Source: Parcubacteria group bacterium (GTDB taxonomy: Bacteria; Patescibacteriota; Minisyncoccia; Phycocordibacterales; Phycocordibacteraceae). Taken from it: 64,000 nucleotides of DNA. The stretch covers positions 124,219 to 188,218 of the forward strand of contig JAQBRE010000002.1 of NCBI GenBank assembly GCA_028286605.1, given 5' to 3'. Under the pieces are notes generated by a model. That model saw only the letters and a list, made by a program, of their open reading frames with translations. It had not been told where the DNA came from and searched no databases. Each line of letters begins with the position of its first letter. The first letter of the stretch is position 1. This document shows positions 9,611 to 19,603 of this stretch, in pieces. The position numbers and the translations under genes were made by a program.

Positions 9611-10129
9611 TTATTTCTTGTCGGCGTAGAGCTTCATCGCGCGTTCGAATGCTGCTTCGGCCTGCGCCTTGCCTTCGAATTCGCCAACCTGCACTTCCTT
9701 CTTCTGAATCTGCTTATAGGTAGCGAAGAAGTGCGAGATTTCCTTGAGCATGTGCTGGTTCACGTCAGCGATGTCCTGAATCTGTGCGAAACGGGGATCA
9801 TCAACAGGTACCGCAATGATCTTCTCGTCAGGTTCACCGCCATCAATCATGGGCATGATGCCAACGGGGCGCGCACGTACGAGGATGCCAGGTACGAGCG
9901 GATACGTGGTGAGAAGCACCACATCAAGCGCGTCGCCGTCATCCCAGAGCGTCTGCGGTACGAAGCCATAGTCGAAGGGATAATCCTGCGCCGAGTGCAG
10001 AACGCGGTCGAGCGCGATGAGGCCGGTCTCCTTGTCTATCTCATACTTATTCTTCGAGCCTTTGTTGATCTCGATGATGACGTTCATCTGCTCCTTCGTC
10101 CCTGGTGCAATGTCGTGCAATAGGTTCAT
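9611..10129 (-). CDS. ppa: Inorganic pyrophosphatase (family I)
   Basis: KNKYEIDK, LDRVL, YGFVPQT..DDGDALDV, D.GE.DEKI. Confidence 0.96.
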   Translation of the reverse strand: MNLLHDIAPGTKEQMNVIIEINKGSKNKYEIDKETGLIALDRVLHSAQDYPFDYGFVPQTLWDDGDALDVVLLTTYPLVPGILVRARPVGIMPMIDGGEPDEKIIAVPVDDPRFAQIQDIADVNQHMLKEISHFFATYKQIQKKEVQVGEFEGKAQAEAAFERAMKLYADKK

Positions 10130-10134
10130 AAGAA

Positions 10135-11586
10135 TTATGCGTTATCGGCGAGTGTCTCTGAGGATTCGTCGCGTGCTTCGCGTTCCTCTGAAACCGCTGC
10201 GTTGTCGGTGAATGCTACCTCCTCTTCCATAGCGAGGCCTTCAGCGGGTGTTTCGTCTGCAGCATCAGTGATGATGGAATCCATATCACCCGTGTCGAGA
10301 CCGATTTCCTTTGCTGGATCGCTCTCTTCAGCTTCTTCTGCATCTTCTATCGCCACCTCAGCGTCTGCGATAGCGACCTGTGCCGCTTCAACGCGTGCTA
10401 CGGATGCGCCTTCGTTCGTGTCAGACTCGCCGACGTTCTCGCCGCCGGTTGATGCGATGTCGATGTTCCAACCCGTGAGCTTCGCTGCGAGGCGAACGTT
10501 CTGGCCGCCGCGACCGATAGCAAGAGACTGCTGGTCTTCGGAAACCGTAACAGTTGCACGGTGTCCTTCTTCGTCGAGCTCGACGCTCGTAACGGTTGCA
10601 GGAGAAAGCGCTTCCTTGATGAACGCTGCCTGGTCTTCAGACCATTCGATGATGTCGATGCGTTCGCCGCCGAGTGCACCCATAACGGTCGAAACGCGTA
10701 CGCCGCGCTGACCGACGAGTGAACCGACTGGGTCTACGTGCGGATCAATCGAGGCGATAGCGATCTTGGTACGAGCGCCCGCTTCGCGGGCGATGCCCTT
10801 AACCTCGAGCGCACCGCTAGCGAGTTCCGGAGCCTCCATCTCGAAGAGCTTGATGAGGAACTTAGGATGCGAACGGGAAAGGCGAAGATATACGCCACGA
10901 AAACCCTCGTCTACGTTATATAGGTATGCGGCGATGCGCTCTCCTGGGCGATAGCGTTCGCCAGGAATCTGCTCCTCGTAGGGAATGATGCCGGTTGCAC
11001 GGCCGAGGTCGATGAATATCGCGCCGCGCTCAACGCGCTGCACGATACCGCTTACGACTTCGCCCTTCTTGTGGCCGAATTCCTCAAGGATTGAAAGCTT
11101 CTCTGCCTCGCGGATCTTCTGGATAACGACCTGCTTCGCCGTCTGTGCAGCGATACGGCCGAAATCATCCTGCGGCTCGAGAGGGAATACTATTTCGCCA
11201 CCGAGTTCAGCGTCGCGCTTAATGCGCTTCGCATCTTCCAAAAGCATGTGCTTTTCAGCGTCATAACGGGGAAGTTCGCCTTCAGCGACGATTTCCTCGC
11301 CTTCATGCTGGAAATACTTAGCAACAGGAGCCTGCTCTTCTTCAGCGAGTTCCTCTTCGTTAGGGAAACGCACCATCGTGTCGTCCACGATAGTCTTTAC
11401 CTGTTCGAAACCGACGGTACCGCCGTTCATGTCGACCATGGCACGGATAACCTGGCCGCGCTTTCCGTATTCCTTCTTATAGGCAGTGGCCATCGCGCTT
11501 TCGATAGCCTCCATCATGGTTTCGCGGGTGATTCCGCGGTCTTCGAACTCCCCGAGCACTGAATTGATTGTTTTTAGATCCAACAT
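10135..11586 (-). CDS. nusA: Transcription termination factor NusA with a long acidic C-terminal tail
   Basis: FGRIAAQTAKQV, S1 domain, AREAGARTKIA, VGQRGVRV, AIGRGGQNVRLA. Confidence 0.97.
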   Translation of the reverse strand: MLDLKTINSVLGEFEDRGITRETMMEAIESAMATAYKKEYGKRGQVIRAMVDMNGGTVGFEQVKTIVDDTMVRFPNEEELAEEEQAPVAKYFQHEGEEIVAEGELPRYDAEKHMLLEDAKRIKRDAELGGEIVFPLEPQDDFGRIAAQTAKQVVIQKIREAEKLSILEEFGHKKGEVVSGIVQRVERGAIFIDLGRATGIIPYEEQIPGERYRPGERIAAYLYNVDEGFRGVYLRLSRSHPKFLIKLFEMEAPELASGALEVKGIAREAGARTKIAIASIDPHVDPVGSLVGQRGVRVSTVMGALGGERIDIIEWSEDQAAFIKEALSPATVTSVELDEEGHRATVTVSEDQQSLAIGRGGQNVRLAAKLTGWNIDIASTGGENVGESDTNEGASVARVEAAQVAIADAEVAIEDAEEAEESDPAKEIGLDTGDMDSIITDAADETPAEGLAMEEEVAFTDNAAVSEEREARDESSETLADNA

Positions 11587-11664
11587 ATCTTCAATATTTA
11601 GTTTTTCGCACGTATTTAATTACTCTCATTCTCTCACATCCCGTCCAAATGATTAAACGGCCTT

Positions 11665-11733
11665 AAAAAGAAAGGCCCGCGGGAGCGGACTTCTCAGATA
11701 GGCGCAGGATACCATATATAGGTATTGCGTCAA
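11665..11733 (-). promoter_or_regulatory. nusA promoter and leader hairpin+U-tract (rimP/nusA-leader-like attenuator)
   Basis: Minus strand: TTGACG-16-TATCCT with an extended -10, then AAGTCCGC-TCCC-GCGGGCCTTTCTTTTT. Confidence 0.5.
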
Positions 11734-11785
11734 TGACTAGAGGGGCGTAGGATGGCCCCAGACCACAGAAAGAAGGAAAGTTCAA

Positions 11786-12391
11786 ATGAACGCTATGGGT
11801 AAGATCAAGGTAACGATCAGTCCGGAATCTCCACGTAAGTTCGCCAAGGAACAAACCCGGCAAAAGGCCATCGATGCCGCCTGGTACCTGTTCGCCAACA
11901 ATAAATATGCCGAGGTCACTGTTCGTGACATTGCTCAATTGATGGGCAAATCAACGGGCGCGTTCTTCGCGAGCTTCACCAGCAAAGAGGAAGCCTTTGC
12001 TGCTGTCGTAACGGAGGGATACGCTGAATACGAAAAAGCGGCAACGGACTATCTCGCTCACCATACCGTGAACGACGAGACTATCGGAAAGTTCGTGGTC
12101 AGGATTCTTGGGATCGACCATGAGAATCTGGAGCGGCTCAATCTCTTGCGCACCGAAATGGAAATCTCCATGACGGCAAAGCCGGAAGAGAGCCTGCTCA
12201 ATAAACGGAAGCAATTCCTTTATGACTTGCTGCTTTCGCATTACGACCAGGATCGCGCGGTCGGGCTGTATCTGGACTTCGCGTGGGCGCTGCACCTCGA
12301 CGATTGCCGTGAAGCTCATGCTCTGCCTGTTCTCGGGTCGCGCATGGGCATGATCGATCGGTCGCTGAAGAGCGAACTTTCTTCGCTCTAG
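11786..12391 (+). CDS. TetR/AcrR family transcriptional regulator
   Basis: N-terminal HTH: TRQKAIDAA..LF...Y..VTVRDIA..MG.STGAFF..F.SKE; SD-like AGAAGGA upstream. Confidence 0.85.
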   Translation: MNAMGKIKVTISPESPRKFAKEQTRQKAIDAAWYLFANNKYAEVTVRDIAQLMGKSTGAFFASFTSKEEAFAAVVTEGYAEYEKAATDYLAHHTVNDETIGKFVVRILGIDHENLERLNLLRTEMEISMTAKPEESLLNKRKQFLYDLLLSHYDQDRAVGLYLDFAWALHLDDCREAHALPVLGSRMGMIDRSLKSELSSL

Positions 12392-12480
12392 TAGTGACGA
12401 ACATTCTTTTCCCCTTACGAGCATGACAAAGCGCGCCGCGATTCCTATCGCGGCGCGTTATACTTTATATACAAACGCGC

Positions 12481-14232
12481 ATGCAAGTCTCTGAAAGCGA
12501 ATTGAAAGCATTCATTCTTGATTCCGGCTTAGTTGCCCGGAAGGAAGTTGAGGCTGCAGAAACAGAAGGGAAGGAACGCAAGCAATCGCTCGGCGATATT
12601 CTCGTTTCACAGGGGGCGCTCACTAGTGACGCGCTTCGTCGCATCAAAGCATACGTGCTCGGCATTCCGTTCGTGAACCTTAAGGACTTGAAAGTGCCAT
12701 TCGAAATCCTTTCTCTCATACCTGAACCGATCGCACGCACGCACAACATCATCGCGTTCCGTAAGAATGGCCAGGAGTTGGAAGTGGCGATGCTTGATAC
12801 AGAAGATCTTCCTGCTATCGATTCCGTACGAAAGAAGACCGGCTTGAAAATCCTTCCGCGCCTTACGGATGACGATTCCATCAAGCATTCCTTGATGCAG
12901 TATCAAAAATCCCTGAAGGAAGAATTCGGCGACCTCATCACCACGGAAGCAGGAAAGCTAACGCTCGTTAAGGAATCAGACGGCGAAGAGAAGTCCGGCG
13001 ATGAGCTTAAGAAGATGGCGGAAGATCTGCCGATCGTGCGTATCGTCGATACGCTGCTTCGCCATGCGATCATCCAGGGCGCGTCCGACATCCACATCGA
13101 ACCGATGGAGCAGGAAGTGCTCGTGCGCTATCGCATCGACGGCACGCTGCATGATGCAATGACGCTTCCGAAGCAAGCTACTTCCGGTATCACCGCACGC
13201 ATCAAAGTGCTTGCGAACCTGAAGCTCGATGAGAAACGCTTGCCGCAAGACGGTCGCTTCAAGATGGAAACGGATGCAGACAAAGTTTCGTTCCGCGTGT
13301 CGTTGCTCCCAACGTATTACGGCGAGAAGATCGTGATGCGTTTGCTGCGCGAAACCGGCGAAGGCTTCAGCCTTGAATCACTCGGTTTCCATGGAGAAAC
13401 GATGGAGCGTATTCATGGTTCGATGAAAGCGACGACCGGTATCATTCTCGTATCGGGCCCTACGGGTTCTGGAAAGACGACGACGCTCTATACGATTCTC
13501 GATATCCTGAATCAGCCGGACGTAAATATCTCGACGATCGAAGATCCTATCGAGTATCAGATGAAGCGCGTGAACCAGACGCAGGTGAATCCTGCGATCG
13601 GTTTCAGTTTCGCCGACGGCCTTCGCGCACTGCTTCGCCAGGACCCGAACATCATCATGGTGGGAGAAATCCGCGATAAGGAAACCGCATCGCTCGCTAT
13701 CAATGCAGCGCTCACCGGTCACGTCGTGCTTTCAACCATTCACACCAACTCCGCTGCCGGCGCGATTCCGCGTCTCATGGATATGGGCGTCGAGCCATTC
13801 CTTCTTGTTTCCACACTTCGCTTGATCGTTGGCCAGCGTCTCGTACGTCGCCTCTGCGACGACAAGGAAACCTATACGCCAGACGCAGCAGCGCGTGACA
13901 AGATCGCAACGAAAGATAAGTTCGAGTCTGCGCTCAATTCGCTTATAGAAGAGAAGCTTGTTACTAAGGGTACGAAGATCGATCAGATCCCGTTCTTCCG
14001 TCCGAAAGCATCGGCTGAATGCGAAGACGGATACAAGAGCCGTGTCGGTATCCATGAGATTCTCACCGTTTCACCGACGATAAAAGACATGATCATTCAT
14101 GGCGGGTCACCAGATGCTATCGAGGAGCAAGGACGTAAGGAAGGAATGCTCACGATGCTCGAAGACGGTTTGTATAAAGCAGCGCGCGGCATCACGTCGC
14201 TCGAAGAAGTGCTTCGCGTTATTTCGGAATAA
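12481..14232 (+). CDS. pilB: Type IV pilus / T2SS assembly ATPase (PilB/GspE family)
   Basis: ASDIHIEP, RLPQDGRF, GPTGSGKTTTLY, TIEDPIEY, LRQDP.IIMVGEIRD, TGH.VLSTIHTN. Confidence 0.93.
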   Translation: MQVSESELKAFILDSGLVARKEVEAAETEGKERKQSLGDILVSQGALTSDALRRIKAYVLGIPFVNLKDLKVPFEILSLIPEPIARTHNIIAFRKNGQELEVAMLDTEDLPAIDSVRKKTGLKILPRLTDDDSIKHSLMQYQKSLKEEFGDLITTEAGKLTLVKESDGEEKSGDELKKMAEDLPIVRIVDTLLRHAIIQGASDIHIEPMEQEVLVRYRIDGTLHDAMTLPKQATSGITARIKVLANLKLDEKRLPQDGRFKMETDADKVSFRVSLLPTYYGEKIVMRLLRETGEGFSLESLGFHGETMERIHGSMKATTGIILVSGPTGSGKTTTLYTILDILNQPDVNISTIEDPIEYQMKRVNQTQVNPAIGFSFADGLRALLRQDPNIIMVGEIRDKETASLAINAALTGHVVLSTIHTNSAAGAIPRLMDMGVEPFLLVSTLRLIVGQRLVRRLCDDKETYTPDAAARDKIATKDKFESALNSLIEEKLVTKGTKIDQIPFFRPKASAECEDGYKSRVGIHEILTVSPTIKDMIIHGGSPDAIEEQGRKEGMLTMLEDGLYKAARGITSLEEVLRVISE

Positions 14233-14305
14233 GTCTTCATTGACCGCATCTGCGGCTAATGGTTAGATAGCGGCAGTACGAAACCTAGCGATCAAGGAGG
14301 ACCGC

Positions 14306-14533
14306 ATGATACAAGCTTCGCCTAAAGCCCCGATCGGAACATTCATCGTTGCGGAACTGCTCCGTAGCGACAACAGATGGTCGGTGGTCGGTGAGCCGCA
14401 TGAATCGCTCGAAGTGGCACGAGAAATGGCACGGCAACTTAATCTGCCGAGCACTCCCGAGCTCGCCTACTTCGTCTGTGATCACAACGGCATCGTTCCT
14501 GAAAAGACTCTTTCGGATACCAATACGAAGTAG
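14306..14533 (+). CDS. Small hypothetical protein inserted between pilB and pilC
   Basis: Strong SD GGGAGG 5 nt upstream, TTGACC box upstream, terminator hairpin at 14561-14594. Confidence 0.6.
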   Translation: MIQASPKAPIGTFIVAELLRSDNRWSVVGEPHESLEVAREMARQLNLPSTPELAYFVCDHNGIVPEKTLSDTNTK

Positions 14534-14622
14534 CCAAAGATCCTTTCCGGCTTCTTATCGAAGACCCGTTTCCGCCTTGCGGAAACGGGTCTTTCGCTTT
14601 TACCGCATGCTACGATAGCGTT

Positions 14623-15840
14623 ATGAAATTCAGCGTCGTGGTGAAATTGCCAGACGGCAGCGAAGAGAATCGCATGATCGACGCGAAGACGCGCTTCGCC
14701 GTGTATGAACAGATAGAAAAAGAAGGAGCGTCAGTCCTTACGCTTGAAGAAGGGAAGGGCGGAGGCATGCCGAAGTGGGCGAACATAAGTTTTGGCGGCG
14801 GCCATATCAAGAGCGAGCAGCGCATCACTCTCACCAAGAACCTTTCCGCTATGCTTACGGCAGGCTTGACGCTTTCACGAGCACTCTCTGTTATCGAACG
14901 CCAGTCTAAGAATAAATATCTGAAGACGGTCGTAAGCACGCTCGAGACTGCAGTGAAATCTGGCCTCTCATTCCACGAAGGCCTCCAGCAATTCCCGAAA
15001 GTCTTCTCGCCGCTCTTCATCGCCATGACCAAGGCAGGCGAGGAATCAGGAAAGCTTTCTGATTCGCTCAAAGTAGTTTCAAAGCAGATGGAGAGCTCTG
15101 AAGCGCTTACGAAGAAAATCAAAGGCGCAATGATCTATCCGTCTATCATCCTCGTCGCCATCGTCATCATCGGTATCCTCATGCTCGTCTTCGTGGTGCC
15201 GACGCTTGCGAGCACCTTCGCTTCATTTGGTGGCACGCTCCCGCTCGCGACGCGCATTATTATCGCGATGTCTGACTTCGTCGTGAAGAATGTCATCCTC
15301 GTGGTCATCCTCGTTGCCGGCGTCATCGGCGGCTTCATGTATTTCATACGCACGAAGATCGGCAGCGCCATCATGCTGTTCGCTGCGCTGCACATGCCGG
15401 TTATCGGTGAACTCACGCGCGAGACCATGAGCGCCCGCGCTGCACGCACGCTTTCATCGCTTCTTTCTTCCGGTGTCGAGATGCTTTCTGCTATAGAAAT
15501 AACCGGAGAAGTGGTCGGAAAGAACGTATTCGGTAAGGTGCTCGTTGAGGCAGGCGAGCGCGTGAAGAAAGGAGAACAGCTTTCCACGACATTCGAATCG
15601 TATCCGAAACTCTACCCGCTCCTCTTTACGGACATGATCGCTGTGGGAGAAGAGACCGGTAAGGTGTCAGAGATGCTCGGCCAGGTGGCTGAATATTATG
15701 AAGGTGACGTCGAAGACCGTACGAAGGATCTTTCCACTATCATCGAGCCGCTCCTCATGCTCTTCATCGGTGCTTTCGTCGGCGTGTTCGCAATCGCCAT
15801 GATCGCTCCTATCTACTCGCTCTCGAGCACGATCAGCTAA
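14623..15840 (+). CDS. pilC: Type IV pilus platform protein (PilC/GspF)
   Basis: Two T2SSF repeats: AGEESGKL, KIKGAMIYP, VGEETGKV, IIEPLLM. Confidence 0.93.
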   Translation: MKFSVVVKLPDGSEENRMIDAKTRFAVYEQIEKEGASVLTLEEGKGGGMPKWANISFGGGHIKSEQRITLTKNLSAMLTAGLTLSRALSVIERQSKNKYLKTVVSTLETAVKSGLSFHEGLQQFPKVFSPLFIAMTKAGEESGKLSDSLKVVSKQMESSEALTKKIKGAMIYPSIILVAIVIIGILMLVFVVPTLASTFASFGGTLPLATRIIIAMSDFVVKNVILVVILVAGVIGGFMYFIRTKIGSAIMLFAALHMPVIGELTRETMSARAARTLSSLLSSGVEMLSAIEITGEVVGKNVFGKVLVEAGERVKKGEQLSTTFESYPKLYPLLFTDMIAVGEETGKVSEMLGQVAEYYEGDVEDRTKDLSTIIEPLLMLFIGAFVGVFAIAMIAPIYSLSSTIS

Positions 15841-15912
15841 GGTTCGATCCCTTGTCTGCCAGTAAAACACTTATGCGGGTTCGATGATTTTGGACATGTA
15901 TAATCGTTTTAT

Positions 15913-16176
15913 ATGAAAGCAGTCGTTATCGGTGAACCATCGGGCGCATCAATAGAGACCATAATGACTGTGTATCCTCGCCACAAAGCCTTTGTTGATA
16001 TGTTTACCGAGCGCGGCGAAGTGATCGGAATCGGCCCTTTCACAGATCTGGGCAACATGGCTATTTTCAGGAGTCGAGAGGCTGCAGAAGAATTTGTTAC
16101 GCTTGACCCCTTTATTCTAGAGGGGTTGGTGAAATCATTTACAATTCGAGATTGGAATGACGGGATGCTTGCGTAG
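15913..16176 (+). CDS. YciI-like / muconolactone-isomerase-like protein
   Basis: H-x-A-F, IGPFTD, SREAAEEF...DPF...G motif. Confidence 0.75.
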   Translation: MKAVVIGEPSGASIETIMTVYPRHKAFVDMFTERGEVIGIGPFTDLGNMAIFRSREAAEEFVTLDPFILEGLVKSFTIRDWNDGMLA

Positions 16177-16204
16177 ATTCACTTAATAAAGTGATAACTA
16201 AATT

Positions 16205-16600
16205 ATGAAAAGAAAGCTTAGCGTGCGATCACTAAGACTTTTATTTTGGATAACGATTGCAAATTATATTGCTCAAATTCCTTACTATCTTTATAACTAT
16301 TACTTTCCGTATCATGTCTTGCCGACAGTAAGTGCAATAGGGCTTCTTGGATTCACGTTGTTGTGGTTTTTGGTTGGATATTTTGGAACTCTGCATGGCT
16401 TGAAATATTGTTTCTCGATTCTTATCGGATTTTTGTCAGTTGAAGCACTTTTCTATCTGCATTCGTTTGTGTTCGGAGCTTTCTTTTTTCAAATGCAAAA
16501 TCCGCATCTGATTATAAAAACTGTATTTTTAGTCGGATACATAAGTGGGGCAGCGGCCGGATATTATGTGTACCGTCTAATTAAATCTCCAAACGCATAG
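16205..16600 (+). CDS. Hypothetical 4-TM membrane protein, AT-rich
   Basis: Four hydrophobic segments; visibly lower GC than flanking genes. Confidence 0.7.
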   Translation: MKRKLSVRSLRLLFWITIANYIAQIPYYLYNYYFPYHVLPTVSAIGLLGFTLLWFLVGYFGTLHGLKYCFSILIGFLSVEALFYLHSFVFGAFFFQMQNPHLIIKTVFLVGYISGAAAGYYVYRLIKSPNA

Positions 16601-16738
16601 ATTCCAACATCGTCCCAGATAGCTAGCGGCGCTATTTGGCAAAGAAGGCAGTTCTATTTGAGCATTTGATGCTATCCCCACCTCGTGTTTTTTCGAGGCT
16701 GCTAGGCTTCGAGGGTATACGTTAATCCGAATTCATAC

Positions 16739-17359
16739 ATGAAACTCTATTATTCTCCTGGCGCGTGCTCACTTTCGCCACATATCGTCGCTCGCGAGGG
16801 AAAACTACCTGTCGAGCTTTCCAAAGTTACGTTTTCAGCAGAAGGTCGCACGACTGCGGAGGGCGAAGATTTCTACAAACTAAACCCGAAGGGCGGGTAC
16901 ATACCAGCACTGCGAATTGATTCAGGCGAAGTTATCGCAGAAGGCGTCGCCATCGTGCAGTATCTTGCAGACCAGTCTTCCGTATCGATGACACCAGAGA
17001 AGGGTACGATTGAGTACTACCGCATGCTCGAGTGGCTTACATTCATCAGTTCAGAGCTTCATAAGGGATTTTCTCCTTTGTATGCGTCGAACATCACCGA
17101 AGAAGCTAAGGAAGCGCAGATCAAGAAGATTTTCGGCCGTATGGCATTTGCAGAACTAGAGCTCGGGAAGCATACATATCTTATCGGTGACACGTTCACC
17201 ATTGCGGATGCCTATCTGTACACGATCATGCGCTGGACGAAGCGTTTTGAAATGAGCCTTGCCGCACATCCGAACATCGCTGCGTTCATGGCACGCATGG
17301 AGCAGCGTGACGGCGTGAAGGAAGCGCTTAAGGAAGAGGAGCTCGATCCGATTCAGTAA
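16739..17359 (+). CDS. Glutathione S-transferase (beta class)
   Basis: MKLYYSPGACSLSPHI, NPKG.IPAL, EGVAI.QYLAD, WL.FISSELHKGF, FTIADAYL. Confidence 0.92.
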   Translation: MKLYYSPGACSLSPHIVAREGKLPVELSKVTFSAEGRTTAEGEDFYKLNPKGGYIPALRIDSGEVIAEGVAIVQYLADQSSVSMTPEKGTIEYYRMLEWLTFISSELHKGFSPLYASNITEEAKEAQIKKIFGRMAFAELELGKHTYLIGDTFTIADAYLYTIMRWTKRFEMSLAAHPNIAAFMARMEQRDGVKEALKEEELDPIQ

Positions 17360-17384
17360 GAGATTTGTAAAGGGTGCACGAGTG

Positions 17385-17416
17385 AAGGCCGCCATGGAAC
17401 ATGGCGGCCTTCACTC
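17385..17416. terminator. Inverted repeat between convergent GST and DUF1003-like genes
   Basis: GAAGGCCGCCATG-GAA-CATGGCGGCCTTC, extended by GAGT/ACTC. Confidence 0.7.
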
Positions 17417-17428
17417 GTACCTCGTGCT

Positions 17429-17851
17429 CTATGTTTTCTTCACCACCATCGCGTGAATATCCTGCGTAAGCTCGTTATTGATCTCAATGAGGCGATGTAC
17501 TTCGTCCTGCATCTTCAGGAGCGCCTCGGCATCTTTGAATGTCTGAAGCGCCTGCTTGTCGGAAGCGGCAGCAGATACTTTCTGGCCGACCATGATTATG
17601 GAAAGCAGCACGAGCTGGATGAAGGTCTGCGCAAGCCATGCAATGAACGTGGCAACGCCGCCATGTATCGCTGCAGGAAGGCTTACTAAGGCGATTATCG
17701 CGAATAGGTACGCGCACCACATGGTACCGACGCCATTCGTAATAAGCATCGCAAGCGTTCCGTTGAAGCCGATCTGCTCATGCGTAGTAAGATGCGGGCC
17801 GGCCTTCGTTCGTTCTTCGATGCGCGGATTCGGAATATGTTCGTTTTTCAT
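17429..17851 (-). CDS. DUF1003-like membrane protein
   Basis: T..VGTMW..Y.F, QLVLLSIIMVGQ, C-terminal coiled coil. Confidence 0.7.
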   Translation of the reverse strand: MKNEHIPNPRIEERTKAGPHLTTHEQIGFNGTLAMLITNGVGTMWCAYLFAIIALVSLPAAIHGGVATFIAWLAQTFIQLVLLSIIMVGQKVSAAASDKQALQTFKDAEALLKMQDEVHRLIEINNELTQDIHAMVVKKT

Positions 17852-17899
17852 ACCAGTAGTATAGAGGATAGTCGGAGCGGTGCGGTATCATGTCGCTAT

Positions 17900-19603
17900 A
17901 TGCAGCGCACGATGCGAGGGATGACACTCATCGATGTAGTCGTGGGCACGGCACTGATCCTTATCGTTTTTCTGGGTCTATTCGGGTTGATTCGCGCATC
18001 AGTGGATGTGGTGCAACTTACGAAAGCGAAAGCAGTCGCGACGACGATCGCAGAAAGTCAGATGGAATACGTGCGTTCGCTCTCCTACGGCGGTGTCGGC
18101 ACGGTTGGCGGCATTCCTTCAGGCATCATTCCGCAGAATTCAACCACGACGAGCAACGGTGTTGCGTACGGCGTGCGCACCTTTATTGATTATGCGGATG
18201 ATCCTGCAGACGGCCTTGGTGCCGCAGATACGAATGGCATCATTACGGACTATAAGCGCGTAAAGGTTACTGTGAACTACACGGCAGGCGGTCAGCCGCG
18301 CACGGTGACCCTTATTTCGAACTACAGTCCGATCGGGCTTGAAACGACCACCGGCGGCGGCACGCTGAAGATCGTCGTGGTCAGCGCGAGCGGAACAGGC
18401 GTATCGGGCGCTTCGGTGCACATTGTTAACACGGTGCTAGGCGTCGACGTAACGACGTTTTCTGATTCTACGGGCGTAGTGTATTTACCGGGCGCGTTAC
18501 CTTCGAGCCAATACCAGATATATGTAACGAAAGCCGGATACTCTTCAGCGCAGACCTATCTGCGTGATTCGACGAATCAGAATCCGACGCCAGGGTACCT
18601 CACGGTCTCAATGAACCTCACCACGACAGGCACCTTCGCCATCGATGTGCTCTCGGCGCTTACGATGCATACGTACACGCCCGTCGCCACGACAACGTAC
18701 ACTGACTCGTTCTCGAATGGTTCGAATCTTGCATCGCAAACCAATACGCAGATTACGGGCAGTTCAATTACGTTAGCGAATGGCGGTAGTGGCTACGCAC
18801 TAAGCGGTACTGCAGTATCGAATGTGATTACGCCGACGTACCTTGTTTCTTGGAGATCAGCGAGCACAACGAGTTCTATGCCGGCAGGCACGACCGTGGT
18901 GCTGCACATCGTAGACGGAAGCGGCACGCTATTGCCCGACAGCGTCCTTTCAGGAAATAGTACTGGCTTTACGGCACCGGTTGATCTTTCGGCAGTGTCG
19001 ACGACGACCTATCCGACGCTTGCGCTGCGTGCAGATCTCACGACGAATGCAACCACCACGACTCCGCTCGTGCAGGACTGGGGTCTTTCATACGCGCGTG
19101 GCCCGATACCGCTGGCAAACGTGCCGTTCACGCTTACCGGCGCTAAGACCGTCGGCTCAACCGGTGCAGGTGCTCCTATCTATAAGACGACAGTGTCGAC
19201 GACGACGGATAGTACAGGGACGAATCCGCTTTCGCTCGAATGGGATGCGTATACTCTGGCAGTTTCCAGCTACGACACGGCAGATGTCTGTAACGCGCCA
19301 CCGTATACGATCGCGCCAGGGACCAGTGCGGACACGTCGCTGTATCTCGTAGCGCCCACGACGAACTCGCTGCTGGTTTCGGCGCGTGATTCAAACGGCG
19401 CTGCCGTGCCGGGCGCAACGGTAGTCCTTTCAAAGACCGGTTTCACCAGCACGGTAACGACAAGCGCATGCGGCGGCGCATATTTCGGCGGGATAGCAGC
19501 TTCAAGCGCGTACACTATTACGGTAAGCAAGGCAGGGTACACGACGGATACGAATACCGGAGTGAATCTTACCGGCCACACTTTCTATGCAGACTCGCTT
19601 TAA
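17900..19603 (+). CDS. Large minor pilin (PilV-like) with beta-sandwich domains resembling carboxypeptidase-regulatory domains
   Basis: Prepilin-like RG|MTLIDVVVG, A...AESQME.VRS, repeated G..V.GA.V / Y.I.VSK.GY motifs. Confidence 0.8.
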   Translation: MQRTMRGMTLIDVVVGTALILIVFLGLFGLIRASVDVVQLTKAKAVATTIAESQMEYVRSLSYGGVGTVGGIPSGIIPQNSTTTSNGVAYGVRTFIDYADDPADGLGAADTNGIITDYKRVKVTVNYTAGGQPRTVTLISNYSPIGLETTTGGGTLKIVVVSASGTGVSGASVHIVNTVLGVDVTTFSDSTGVVYLPGALPSSQYQIYVTKAGYSSAQTYLRDSTNQNPTPGYLTVSMNLTTTGTFAIDVLSALTMHTYTPVATTTYTDSFSNGSNLASQTNTQITGSSITLANGGSGYALSGTAVSNVITPTYLVSWRSASTTSSMPAGTTVVLHIVDGSGTLLPDSVLSGNSTGFTAPVDLSAVSTTTYPTLALRADLTTNATTTTPLVQDWGLSYARGPIPLANVPFTLTGAKTVGSTGAGAPIYKTTVSTTTDSTGTNPLSLEWDAYTLAVSSYDTADVCNAPPYTIAPGTSADTSLYLVAPTTNSLLVSARDSNGAAVPGATVVLSKTGFTSTVTTSACGGAYFGGIAASSAYTITVSKAGYTTDTNTGVNLTGHTFYADSL

